Shown here in pieces: positions 1 through 10,796 of a DNA stretch of 64,000 bases. Each line of letters starts with the position of its first letter. The first letter of the stretch is position 1. The notes below the pieces were generated by a model that was not told the DNA's origin, did not search any database, and worked only from the letters and a program-made list of their open reading frames with translations. Source of the DNA: Geosiphon pyriformis uo1 (taxonomy: Eukaryota; Fungi; Glomeromycota); NCBI GenBank assembly GCA_016748015.1, contig JAAOMT010000029.1, positions 360,896-424,895 on the forward strand. The letters are read 5' to 3'. Made by a program: the position numbers and the translations under genes.

Positions 1-704
1 TACAGGAATCTCATCTGTAGGCTACCTTAATGATTATAATAAGAAAAGAAAAGAAAAATAAAAGAAATGTAAAAGAAATAGGATTTTATCAAGAGAAATG
101 TTTTTCTATCCAGGTCTGGAGTCACTAACAGTTTACTGAAATTGGTAGCTAATCAATTTCGAAATATTAGTTGGGTTTTGGGGATTTTCCAAGTGCAATA
201 ATTAAAGAATTTGGTTTTTCGAATTATTTGATATTTATTTCTTTTTGTGTATATAGGAATGGTTCTAAGAGATAAATCTAAAGTAAAATACATTTCCTCG
301 AAGAGAGAAGCTCTTCTTTTATATAACTTGTTGTAACACTATTTTATGAACTTAAACTTTGCTCTTTTCTACAATTTCGCTGAACTAAAGATACATTTCA
401 GTGAACTATAAGTTATTTCTGCAAACTATTAGATATTTCAGTAAACTATCAATTATTTTGGCAAATTTCTACAAATTTTGGCGAACTTTTTGAATGTTAC
501 ATAATTCAGGGTATTGCATGATTGATCATCGCGATTAGGTTATATTTGTGTTATGTACAAATTGGGTTATTAATTAAATAATAATTTTGGACATTTTGCT
601 AATATACTAAGTAATAATTTGAAACGATAATATATGTTAATTAATGATAGGAATTATAAAAATAATTTCATGTTAAATAATATCTCTAATTTCGTCTGGT
701 AACA
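1..704 (-). repeat. 3' LTR of element A (partial)
   Basis: Starts TGTTACCAGACG on the minus strand at 704, right after the PPT; matches 8867-9570. Confidence 0.95.
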
Positions 705-1392
705 TAACCTCTTCCTCAAGACTGAGCTCTGTTAAAGTCCAAGTACTGTCTGTAATTTCCAGATAGTAATCCAAAATTATTGAAGAAATTTGGTCTGAAA
801 ATTGTTGAAATTTCAGTTCTGTGAACTTTCCAATGTATTGAATCTTCAAAGGTCGTAAAATTGGGTTTTGTAGGACATTTTCACAGGTGTGGAATAGGTC
901 ATAAAGTCTAAGAGCAGCTTTGAGCTTGTAGTGACTGTTTGTTGGTCCAGCTGTTGTCTTGAATTTGTTGTGGAGTTGTTTCTAAATAGCTTCTTTTGTG
1001 AGATTTGCTGTTGTAAGTTCCAGTTTCTGTTCATAGAGTGTTTTTCCAATGTGAAAATATCTATAGATTGGAGGATATTCAGTGTTTTCTTTATTGAGAC
1101 ACAGTTGAAGTCTTTGTTAAATTGTAGTATTTGGTGGAATACTAATCGGAGTGAGCATTAAGTTTTCTCTTAAAGCAAGCTTTAAAAGTTCTGGCAGGTG
1201 AATTCCAGAATAACTTCTTGTGTTCTTTTTATATGGGTAATATTTTCATGAATTTGGGGTTAGTTTTGTAACTACTTCTGTTTAGGTATAATTAATGTGG
1301 TTTCCAGTAACAGTAATGGATAATTCGGGTATTGTTTTTAAAGCTAATATTAGTTTTTGAGATAATTGTTGAATGTTTTGAGGAATAGTCAT
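673..1392 (-). pseudogene. Accessory ORF3 of element A (~239 aa, unknown function)
   Basis: Hand translation from ATG 1392 gives one frame, MTIPQNIQQLSQKL...YRYFHIGKTL...KAALRLYDLF...DEIRDII*. It has 4 internal stops, each one transition from a sense codon. Homologous to ORF3 in elements B and C. Confidence 0.8.
705..720 (-). promoter_or_regulatory. Polypurine tract of element A
   Basis: Minus strand reads GAGGAAGAGG-TTA immediately before the LTR TG. Confidence 0.85.
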
Positions 1393-1546
1393 TATAAGAG
1401 ATTTGAAATAAAAGAATATTTTTGGTGTATGGGTTTTTATGTTATTTTTGTTTTGATTATTTCTAAATTATAAGGGAATAACTAGTAAAGTTAAATTAAG
1501 TGTTCAGGTTGGAAGGTTGTTCAATGACAACTATTGGTTCTAAGTT

Positions 1547-4500
1547 TCAGGGAATATCTTCGGAATTGACTAAAGGGGAATGTATACCAATTTGTGGAAT
1601 TAATGGTTCAGGATTGTTTCTGGAATGATAATGTTTCAAACAATCTCTATGTACAACTTTTGCTAGGATTTTGTTATCAAGTCTTAGCTTGTATGATCTA
1701 TTGCTTAGGACTTCATGGATAAAGAATAGTCCATCCCATTTATTTTCAAATTTTCCACTCCATTGTTTTTCAGCTTTAGTTCTGTGTAAGAGAACTTTGT
1801 TTCCGATTTTAAATTCATTGGTAACTGGAGGCAATTTGTCATCATGCTGTTCTTTTTGTTGAGCTTGAGAGTGTTCAATATGAGTGGCTGCTATTCATCA
1901 TTTTCCTTCCAATGTGCTAAGCAGAATGTAGGCTCTTCATTGAAGTGTTTTCTGGAAATTGTTTTTATTGATTGGTTGTGCTGGGTATGTTTCCACTGTG
2001 AACTTAATTGGTAACGTTGCTGTCCTTCCATAAGTTAAATCAAATGATGTATTTTGTGGTATCTTGTTTTAGTGTTCTATATGCTAGTAATACTGATAGA
2101 ATAAAGATATTCCATTCTTGCTCAAAATCGGTTGAGACTTTGGCTAATGACTCACACAATGTTCTGTTAAAACGTTCCACAAATCCAATTGTTTGTGGAT
2201 GGTAGAGCGAAGATAGAGGTTTTTTGATATTGAATCATTCACAAATTTCTTGTATCAGGTTGTTCACAAAGTGTGTTCCCTGGTCGGATAAAAGTTCAAT
2301 TGAACATCCGTGTCTACAAATAATGTCTTCGTAGATGAAATTTGCTATTGATTTCACATCTGCTTGTTGAATGGCTCTGGCTTTGGGCCATTTAGTAAGA
2401 TAGTCTACAGCTACTGCAATATAATGGTTTCTTTGAGTGGTAATAGATAGTGGTCTGACTAAATCGATACCAACTTGGTCAAAGAGTTGTCCAACTTTGA
2501 TTGGATTTAATAATTCAGTAGGGCATGTTCCTCTTTTTCTTTGACAACTATCACAAGATTCGACATATTCGTGAATGTCTTTCCTTATTCGAGGCCAAAA
2601 GTAGTATTCTAGTGTTCTTTGGGTGGTGTTATCTTTTCTGAAGTGTGTTGATAAAGAATCTGAGTGCATGTTGTATAATATGGTCTCTTTTTCCTGTTCT
2701 TGTATTAATCTGAGTGATTTGTTTGGGTTTTTGAAATTTTGATGATAAATAATGTTGTTGTGTAGAAAATATTGTTTGGCTTGTTGTTGTAGTTAATGTT
2801 TTTTATCTGGAAACCAATCTGTTGGGATTGTTAATGTTTCCAAATATTGTTTGAGATTGTTGTAGTTTTCTGAATTCATTGTTTTGTTGGCTCTTTTGGT
2901 TGATTAAGTTGAGTGTTGGTTTTTTTTTCTAATCTTGTCTTATTCTGGAGAGACAGTCAACATTGGTGTGGAGTTTTCCTGGTTTGTGATGTATTATGTA
3001 TTGATAGTTTGCTAGAAATCCTGTCCATCGGATTTGTTTTGCATTCAGCTGAGTATTTTTGTTCTGAAGCCATTTGAGTCCAATATTATCAGTGATAATA
3101 TCGAATTCTTTAGGCCTGAGATAAAGATTGAAGTGGTGTAGGGCCCAAATTACAGCTGTTGTTTCTAGTTCTGTGGCAGAGTAGTTTTTCTCAGCTGGTT
3201 TTAATGTTCTGCTAGCATAAGCAATTACTTGCTCATTTCTGTTGTCATCTAGTTGTAATAAGATGGCACCAAAGGCAGTATATGAAGCATCTGTAGCTAG
3301 TCAAAATCAGTTGCTGAAATCCGGGTAGGCGAGGATTGGAGCTGTTGTCAGTTTTTCCTTGAGAATTTCAAAAGCTTTTTGGTGTTCAGTAGTCCATTTG
3401 TATTCAATGTTTTTGGTGGTGAGCTGGTTGAGGGGTTTTGCAATTTCCGAGAATCCTTTGATAAACTTCTAATAGTAGAATGCTAATCCTATGAATCCTC
3501 TTAGTTCTGTAGTATTTTGTGGAACTTTGAAGTTTTTAACAGCACTGATTTTTTCTGGATCTGGTTTGACTCCTTCTCTACTAACTATGTGACCAAAAAA
3601 GGCCAAACTTGTTTTTCCAAAATGGCATTTCTCAATGTTTAGTTTTAATCCTGCTCTACATAATTGTTGAAAAACTTCTCGCAGGTGAATTAAATGGAGT
3701 TCGAAAGATGGGGAATAAACGTCAGTGTCATCAAAATAGACAACTACTGATTTCCAAAGAAGTCCAGCATATACAACATCCATGAGTCTTTGGAATGTTG
3801 CTGGCACATTGCATAATCCAAAGAGCATTATATTGAATTTGTAGTTTCCTCCTTGTATTGTAAATGCTGTTTTGGGACAGTTCTTGGGATCCATGGCAAC
3901 TTGCCAGTATCTGCTTTCTAGATCTAATGTTGAAAAGTATTTAGATTTCCCAAGGTCATCTAACATGTCATCAATTCGAAGAAAAGGGTAGGCATCTCCA
4001 ATAGTGATACTGTTAAGTTGTCGATAATCAACACAAAATCATATCTTTCCATTTTTTTTTTTAACTAGAACCACAGGTAAGACCCATAGACTCATTGATG
4101 GTTGGATAAGTTCATTGTTAAGCATCCGTTGTATTTCTTCTCAGATAAATTGGTGACTTTCTGGAGCAACTCGATATGCTTGTTGTCTTCTTGGTTTGAC
4201 ATTTCCTGTATAAATTTGGTGTTGGACCAAATCAGTTCTTCCTAAGTCATTGTTGTTTTCAGCAAAGATATCGGCAAATTCTGCAATTAGCTCTTTGAGC
4301 TGGGTCTGTTGTTGTGGTTCAAGTTGTCTCATGTTGATTCGAGATAGTTTTTCTATAACAACATGGTAGTTTTTAGAGCTGGGGTTTGAGTTGATTTTTG
4401 GTAGTGAATGTCCAATAATTTCAGAAAAATCAGGGACTGTTTGGGGTAATTCTTGTTGAAATATATTACTGTGAATAACTCCAATTTCTATATTATTTAA

Positions 4501-7500
4501 TAAAATTATGGGGTAATTATTGGAGTTGTAAAAAGTAACTCAGACTTTCTTTGTTCTTTCTGGAATATAAATGTTTGGAATCAAAATATTATGTTCCAAG
4601 CAGACTTGTTCATTGGACTCAAAAATTTGTTGTGTGGTTGTTGGCTTTGGGCAGATGTAGATTTCCGGATGTTCTCCAAAGGGTGAGATAGTAATTGGTT
4701 GTGGAAGTCTGAGAATCTGGTGGGATTTGTTCTGTGTGTTAAGAGCTATATTAACTGAAACTGTGAATTGTTCAGTTGAACCAAAACCTTGGGTTCCTCT
4801 ATCACTTTTTCCTAATTGTTCTTTTTGATTGACTAGTTGCAAACCCAAAATGTTGATTAGGGGTAGGTAAATAGCTTGGGCAATTTTTTCAGCATGTTTG
4901 ATCTTAAATGGTTTGTCAGTTTCATTTTGAAGCATCACTGTAATGTCTCCAGTATATCTAGCATCAATTATTCCTCCTCTGACATTGATTCCTTTGCTTG
5001 CCAGAGAGGACCAGGAGGTAATTTGAACCATTGCTCCTAGCGGGATTTTGAGTGCAATTTTGAGGTTGATTTTTGTGAGAGATTTGGGTTTGAGAACAAG
5101 AGTATCCTTGTCTGGATATCTTAGGTCATATTCAGCATCAATTTCGTGTGCTTTTTCGGGTTTTATTCCTTGTCCATTGTTGTTGAAGTATTTAAGTTGT
5201 AAGGCAGGCTGATTTTTGATAAGATAGATGTGTTGTTTCAATTTCTTCCATTGCTTCAGATTCTCCAAATTCAATTTTGTTCTCATCATTTTCACTGGAC
5301 AAGGGGGTACTAAGAGCATAGCATTCAGAACACCACTGTTCATCACAAGACATAATGCATTCTTCACATAGCTTAATGTTCATTTGCTCTAATTGTTGAA
5401 TTTGAGCTTCTTGGGTTGGGTAGGTGTAACTTGTAATTTGGTAGTAGACTTCTACTTCGTCTTCGTAATCAAATCCAGCTAATTCTATGGTGTATTCAAT
5501 GTATTCTGCTTTTTTCATTTGACAAACATTTTCTTTGGTAGCTCCATTAATTAATGCCATTGCTAGGTCGAAAATCATTTCGGCATCATGGAGGTAGTGA
5601 TAAAGTTTGTTGAGAGCACTGTTGTATGCTGCATTAAAGGGTGTTCCTCTTTTTACTTTTTCTGAAATTGATAAAGCATATTGGCAGGTCTGATCGCAGA
5701 CTCCTCCTCTCATGGTTACATCAATCCAATTGCATTCTTCCAGTAGCATATCTCCATAAGTCAAACAAGGGGTGTTGTCCCATTTTCTGCTTCTTTTTAT
5801 TAGATGGCCCCATCGTTCTCTGTGGCAAGCCTTGCAGTAATAACAAGTATGATTTTCATATTCTTTTTCAGGTGAAATACAAGCTCCCATTGACAATAGT
5901 TTCTTGTGGCAGTCCTTATATTTAAAGGGAATATAGGGGCGTTGTTTTCTTGGTTCGGGTTTTGAGTAAGGGATATTCTATTCAGAGGTTTCGGGTTCAG
6001 AGTGTGGGGTAAAATGTTCTTGTTCTGTTTCATTGGCCCAGTTAGACATTGATCCAAGAGCTATGAATGTTTTAATGAGGAGTTTTTTCTCTTCTGGTTC
6101 GAATTTAAAAGCCGGGGCTTTTTCAGAGCGTTTGTTGAATGTACCACAAGTGGCAGATACCCAGACGTGTTGTCCTTAGTAGGAGATTGTTAACTCTTGT
6201 GTTTCCCAATTCAGATTAGCATTGGCTTTTTGAAGCCAATCATTTCCGACAAGAGCTTAGTACTGGGGTGCATCCATTACAAGAACTTTGACTGGAATGA
6301 TAATTCTATCAAGAGTGAATGGAAAATTGTCAATTTCTCTTACTGGGGTCTTTTTCATGCCATCGGCAGTAACAATTACTGTTTGAGCTGGTCGGTCAAC
6401 ATTTCTCTTCAACTGTTGCATTAACTGGTAGGTGATAATGCTTCCAGCGGATCCACTGTCTAAGATCAAGTGAATTGTCTTTCCTTCAACTTCTGCTTTA
6501 GTGTACATAGCCATGATTGCTTTTTGTTCATTGGCAGCTGCATTGCTAAGCAGGAATGGTAACTCATTTGCTTCGAACTCAAAAGGGAATATATCTGAAA
6601 AGTTAGTGTTTTCAGCGATTTTGGCTGGTGGGATTGTGGTGGGAGTATAGGAAGAGTTTTGTTGTTGTGCTGCAGCTCTACCTTCCAAGGGTACAGTATG
6701 GTAAAAATCCTGTTCTTCTGGTATTGTTAAATAACTGGGTTGAGTGTGGTAGTGGTTGGGTCTTGGTTGAATGGAATTTCGGAGAACCAATTGGTTGTTT
6801 GAACTGATTCTATTGTTGTTTACTTGGTATCGGTTTTGTGGTGTGAATTGATTTTGTGTAATCAGTCTTCAAGCAGGTACTTGATAATGTTGTGTGGGTG
6901 GTTGTTGGTATTGCTGTTGGATTGGCTGTGGAGCGGCCTGATAATAATTATTTTGGTATTGGGGTCTTGGTAGATAGTAAGCTGATGATGGTAGTTGATA
7001 ATAAGATTGCTGTAGTGGAGAGTAACATTGATTACTTCTATTTTGTTGGTCTCATTGTAGCTTTCTGCAATCTTTTTTCCAGTGGCCAGAGATTTCACAG
7101 TAATGGCAATTCTGAGGCTGGTTATTGGAAAGTGGTGCAAATTTATTTTGATTTTGTCTTTGGGGTGGTTGATATCTTTAGGGTTGTTGTTGTTGTTGGT
7201 TGGTAAAATAGTTTTCGACCTTCTTTGTAAGTTGGTCAATTTTTTTCTCAGCTGCTGAGCTGGTTTCTCCAATTGCCAAATTTACAAGTTTTGTACGATT
7301 GGCTTCTTCCATAGCCATTTCGTATCTTTTTGCATGTTGGATGGTAGAGTTCAAATCTTCTGGGGCATATGGGCGAACCTTTTTAATTAGTTTATTTTTT
7401 AGACCAGCAATAAATTGATCCAAGATTTGAGCATTGGAATAATAATCATTTGTTTTGAGTTGGCGAATTTGTCTAAGAAGTTTGTTGAATTTCCCAATAT

Positions 7501-8545
7501 AAGTCATAACAGATTCGGAGGGTTCTTGTTTGATATTTCGAAAACAATTGCGAAGAGTGATAGAGGTATTATTGTCAGTGAACTGTTCAAGGAAGGCTGC
7601 TTTGAAAGCGTTCCAATCATTAAATGGGACAGCCAGGTTTTCAAACCATTCTCCTGCTGTTCCTTTGAGAAAGTAGGGAATTGTTCTTAACATTCTGGCA
7701 GCATTCCATCTATTTGCATTTTCAGCTTTAGTAACTTGGTCGAACCATTCTTGGGGACTGGTCTCAATGTCTTTTCCATTAAATTCAGGGATTTTTGCAA
7801 TGTATGTTGTCATTTCATCTTCTTTGTTTTCACTGTCTATTGATTCTTCTTCGGATATTTCAGGTTCATTTTCTTTATTCGCTGCTGTCTCAAAGTGTTT
7901 ACTTTGATTTTCAGCTAGAAAGTCAAGGAGATTGGAACTAATTTGAAGAGGTTCTTGTTGTCTGGTGGGACTTCTGAGTGATGTAAAATCTTCTGGTCTT
8001 GCAAATCGATTCAAGAGTAAATTAGATGTTTGTGCTTGTGCAAGTGAAGCTAGAAAAGGTGTGATAGTAAGTGGAAGTTTTGAACTGGTTTCTTGTTCAG
8101 GTGTTTGTAAATGATTGGCAGTTGTTTTTGGTAGTGTTGAAGTATTTGGGGTGGTTTTTGAGTATTGCTTTAATTTGTTTTTGCCTTTGTTGTTTGTTTC
8201 TGTTTCCGATTTAAAATCAATAGAGTATTGAAACTGCACTGGATATGTTTTTTTACAGTATTTGATAATGTTAAAATTAAGTTTGTGAAAGTAAGTGGCA
8301 AGTGTTTCACTGTTAAGGTCTTCAGTTCCCAACTGTGAATAGTGTACTAAATTATTGTAAAGGTTGCTTCTAACTTTTGTGATATTGTAATTTCCAAAAA
8401 GATAATTGTTGATGCAGTTTTCAATGTATTGGTATACTGATTTCTTGACAACTTCAATTCCGTCTGGAATGTTAAATCTTTGCTTGCAGTGTGTGTAAAT
8501 TGATTGGTAATACTCTAAAGTTGTTGCATCTGGTGTGGTTGTCAC
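1547..8545 (-). pseudogene. gag-pol of element A (capsid, CCHC, aspartic protease, Cys-rich domain, dUTPase, RT, RNase H, integrase with GPY/F-type C-terminus)
   Basis: Motifs: capsid PQEWFDQ..GEWFE; CHYCEISGHWKKDC; LILDSGS; GFGST; LDLESRYWQ and YFDD; integrase H..H/CDSC, GIDLV, SDQG; KWDGLFFI. Multiple stops and frameshifts. Confidence 0.93.
4775..5190 (-). other. dUTPase domain within pol of element A
   Basis: Decayed forms of motifs I-V: DAEYDL, WSSLA, GIIDARYTG, IAQ, RGTQGFGST. Confidence 0.92.
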
Positions 8546-8573
8546 TTTGAATTTTGTTGTTGCTGTGTTATTT

Positions 8574-8589
8574 CCATGAGAGAGCACCA
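8574..8589 (-). promoter_or_regulatory. Primer-binding site of element A
   Basis: TGGTGCTCTCTCATGG, 2 nt after the LTR end ...GTAACA. Confidence 0.85.
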
Positions 8590-8591
8590 AA

Positions 8592-9570
8592 TGTTACCAG
8601 AGGTTTTTGGTCTCTTTTCTTAATTGTTGTTGATGCCTGTTTGTTGTAAATCCACGTTTTCTGGATGTGGTTGAACCTCCAGTAACTGAATTTATCTTCA
8701 AATTATCTCCTATAATTTGAACTACTGGGCTTATAAGTGAAATGGCCAATTCCATGCCAGTTACTTTTGTAGTTATGTTGTAGTAAACATCAACTCTTTT
8801 CCAGGAATTGCTTGTCTGGAAGCTTACTAAAATGTGTAGTTACTTTGCTGTGAAAGTCAACTCTTTTACAGGAATCTTGTCTGTAGGCTACCCTAATGAT
8901 TGTAATAAGAAAAAAAAAGAAAAATAAAAGAAATGTAAAAGAAATAGGATTTTATCAAGGGAAATGTTTTTCTATCCAGGCCTGGGGTCACTAACAGTTT
9001 ACTGAAATTGGTAGCTAATCAATTTCGAAATGTTAGTTGGGTTTTGGGAATTTTCCAAGTGCAATAATTAAAGAATTTGGTTTTTTGAATTATTTAATAT
9101 TTATTTCTTTTTGTGTATATAGAAATGGTTCTAAGAGATAAATCTAAAGTAAGATACATTTCCTTGAAGAGAAAAGCTCTTCTTTTATACAACTTGTTGT
9201 AACACTATTTTATGAACTTAAACTTTGCTCTTTTCTACAATTTCACTGAACTAAAGATATATTTCGGTGAACTATAAGTTATTTCTGCGAACTATTAGAT
9301 ATTTCAGTGAACTATCAATTATTTTGGCAAATTTCTACAAATTTTGGCGAACTTTTTGAATGTTACATAGTTCAGGGTATTGCATAATTAATCATCGCGA
9401 TTAGGTTACATTTGTGTTATGTACAAATTGAGTTATTAATTAAATGATAATTTTGGACATTTTGCTAATATACTAAGTGATAATTTGAAATGATAATATA
9501 TGTTAATTAATGATAGGAATTATAAAGATAATTTCATGTTAAATAATATCTCTAATTTTGTCTAATAACA
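8592..9570 (-). repeat. 5' LTR of element A (979 bp)
   Basis: Termini TGTTA...TAACA; adjacent PBS; TATA-like GTATAAAAGA near 9190 on the minus strand. Confidence 0.95.
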
Positions 9571-10513
9571 CTGAAGGTTTTTGGTCTCCTTTCTTGAATG
9601 TTGTTGATGCCTGTTTGCTGTGAATTCACGTTTCCAGGAAGTAGTTGGACCTCCAGTAACTGAATTTATCTTTAAATTATCTTTTATAATTTGAACTTGC
9701 TGGGCTTATGAGTAGAATGGCCAATTCCGTGCCAGTTGCTTTATGTAGTTACATTGTAGTAAACATCAACTTTTTCCCAGGAATTGCTCATCTGGAACCT
9801 CATTAAAAATGTGTAATTACTTTGCTGTGAAAGTCAACTCTTTTACAGGAATCTCGTCTGTAGGCTATCCTAATGATTGTAATAAGAAAAGAAAAGAAAA
9901 ATAAAAGAAATGTAAAAGAAATAGGATTTTATCAAGGGAAACGTTTTTCTATTCAGGTCTGGAGTCACTAACAGTTTACTGAAATTGGTAGCTAATCAAT
10001 TTCAAAATGTTAGTTGGGTTTTGGTTTTTCAAATTATTTGATATTTATTTTTTTTTGTGTACATAGGAATGGTTTTAAGTGATAAATCTAAAGTAAGATA
10101 CATTTTCTTGAAGAGAGATGCTTTTCTTTTATACAACTTGTCATAACACTATTCTATGAACTTGAACTTTGCTATTTTCTACAATTTCACTGAACTAAAA
10201 ATATATTTTGGTGAACTACAAGTTATTTCTGCGAACTATTAGATATTTTGGTGAACTATCAATTATTTTGGCAAATTTCTACAAATTTCGGCAAACTTTT
10301 GAATGTTACATAGTTCAGAGTATTGCATGATTGATCATCACAATTAGATTATATTTGTGTTGTGTACAAATTGAGTTATTAATTTAAATGATAATTTCAG
10401 ACATTTTGCTAATGTAATAAGTGATAATTTGAAACGATAATATATGCTAATTAATGATAGGATTTATAAGATAAATTCATGCTAAATAATATCTCTAATT
10501 TCGTCTGGTAACA
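9571..10513 (-). repeat. Second A-family LTR abutting element A's 5' LTR, lacking its terminal 5 bp
   Basis: Colinear with 8597-9570; ends tcgtctggtaaca at 10513. Confidence 0.93.
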
Positions 10514-10796
10514 CCGATCTCCAGTTTTGAGTAACTCTGGATTGAGAGTTGCTTAATGTCATTTGAGCTGGATTCTGAGATGGTGTTTGAATTGGTTGGG
10601 GTTGATAGATGATTTGTGGCTGCAGTTGATATATTACTTGCAGCTGCAGTTAATAAATCGGGGTTTGATATACTGATGTAGGCATTTGATACATTGGCTG
10701 TGTTACTGGCAGGTAAGCAAATTAATATTGTTTCTGATTTTGTTGATATCTTGGAGTTTGAAATTGGCAATCGGGGTTTCTATATTGATTTCCCGA
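10514..10796 (-). pseudogene. Gag spacer fragment of another B-family Gypsy ('E'), cut by insertions on both sides
   Basis: Similar to 17890-18200 of element B, the region after the zinc knuckle. Confidence 0.75.

Larger units (their letters stand above)
1..9570 (-). mobile_element. Ty3/Gypsy LTR retrotransposon 'A', dUTPase-bearing, decayed; 3' LTR truncated by the window edge
   Basis: Direct repeats 1-704 and 8867-9570 are colinear. PBS at 8574-8589, PPT at 705-720. Domain order on the minus strand is gag-PR-dUTPase-RT-RH-IN. Confidence 0.95.

Noticed and set aside
1547-1834. Chromodomain at the integrase C-terminus
   Set aside because: The sequence fits a GPY/F SH3-like module followed by a short tail; no chromodomain aromatic-cage pattern is present.
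8563-8597. Possible intron removing the LTR end and PBS (GTAACA...ACACAG) to fuse an LTR frame to gag
   Set aside because: Only 35 nt, far shorter than the host introns here (66 nt or more), and the equivalent splice in element B does not restore its LTR frame.
8594-8755. ATG-initiated ORF inside LTR A in frame with gag
   Set aside because: The ATG is ACG or ACA in sibling LTRs (a CpG decay product), and the frame ends at the conserved TAA of the att site.
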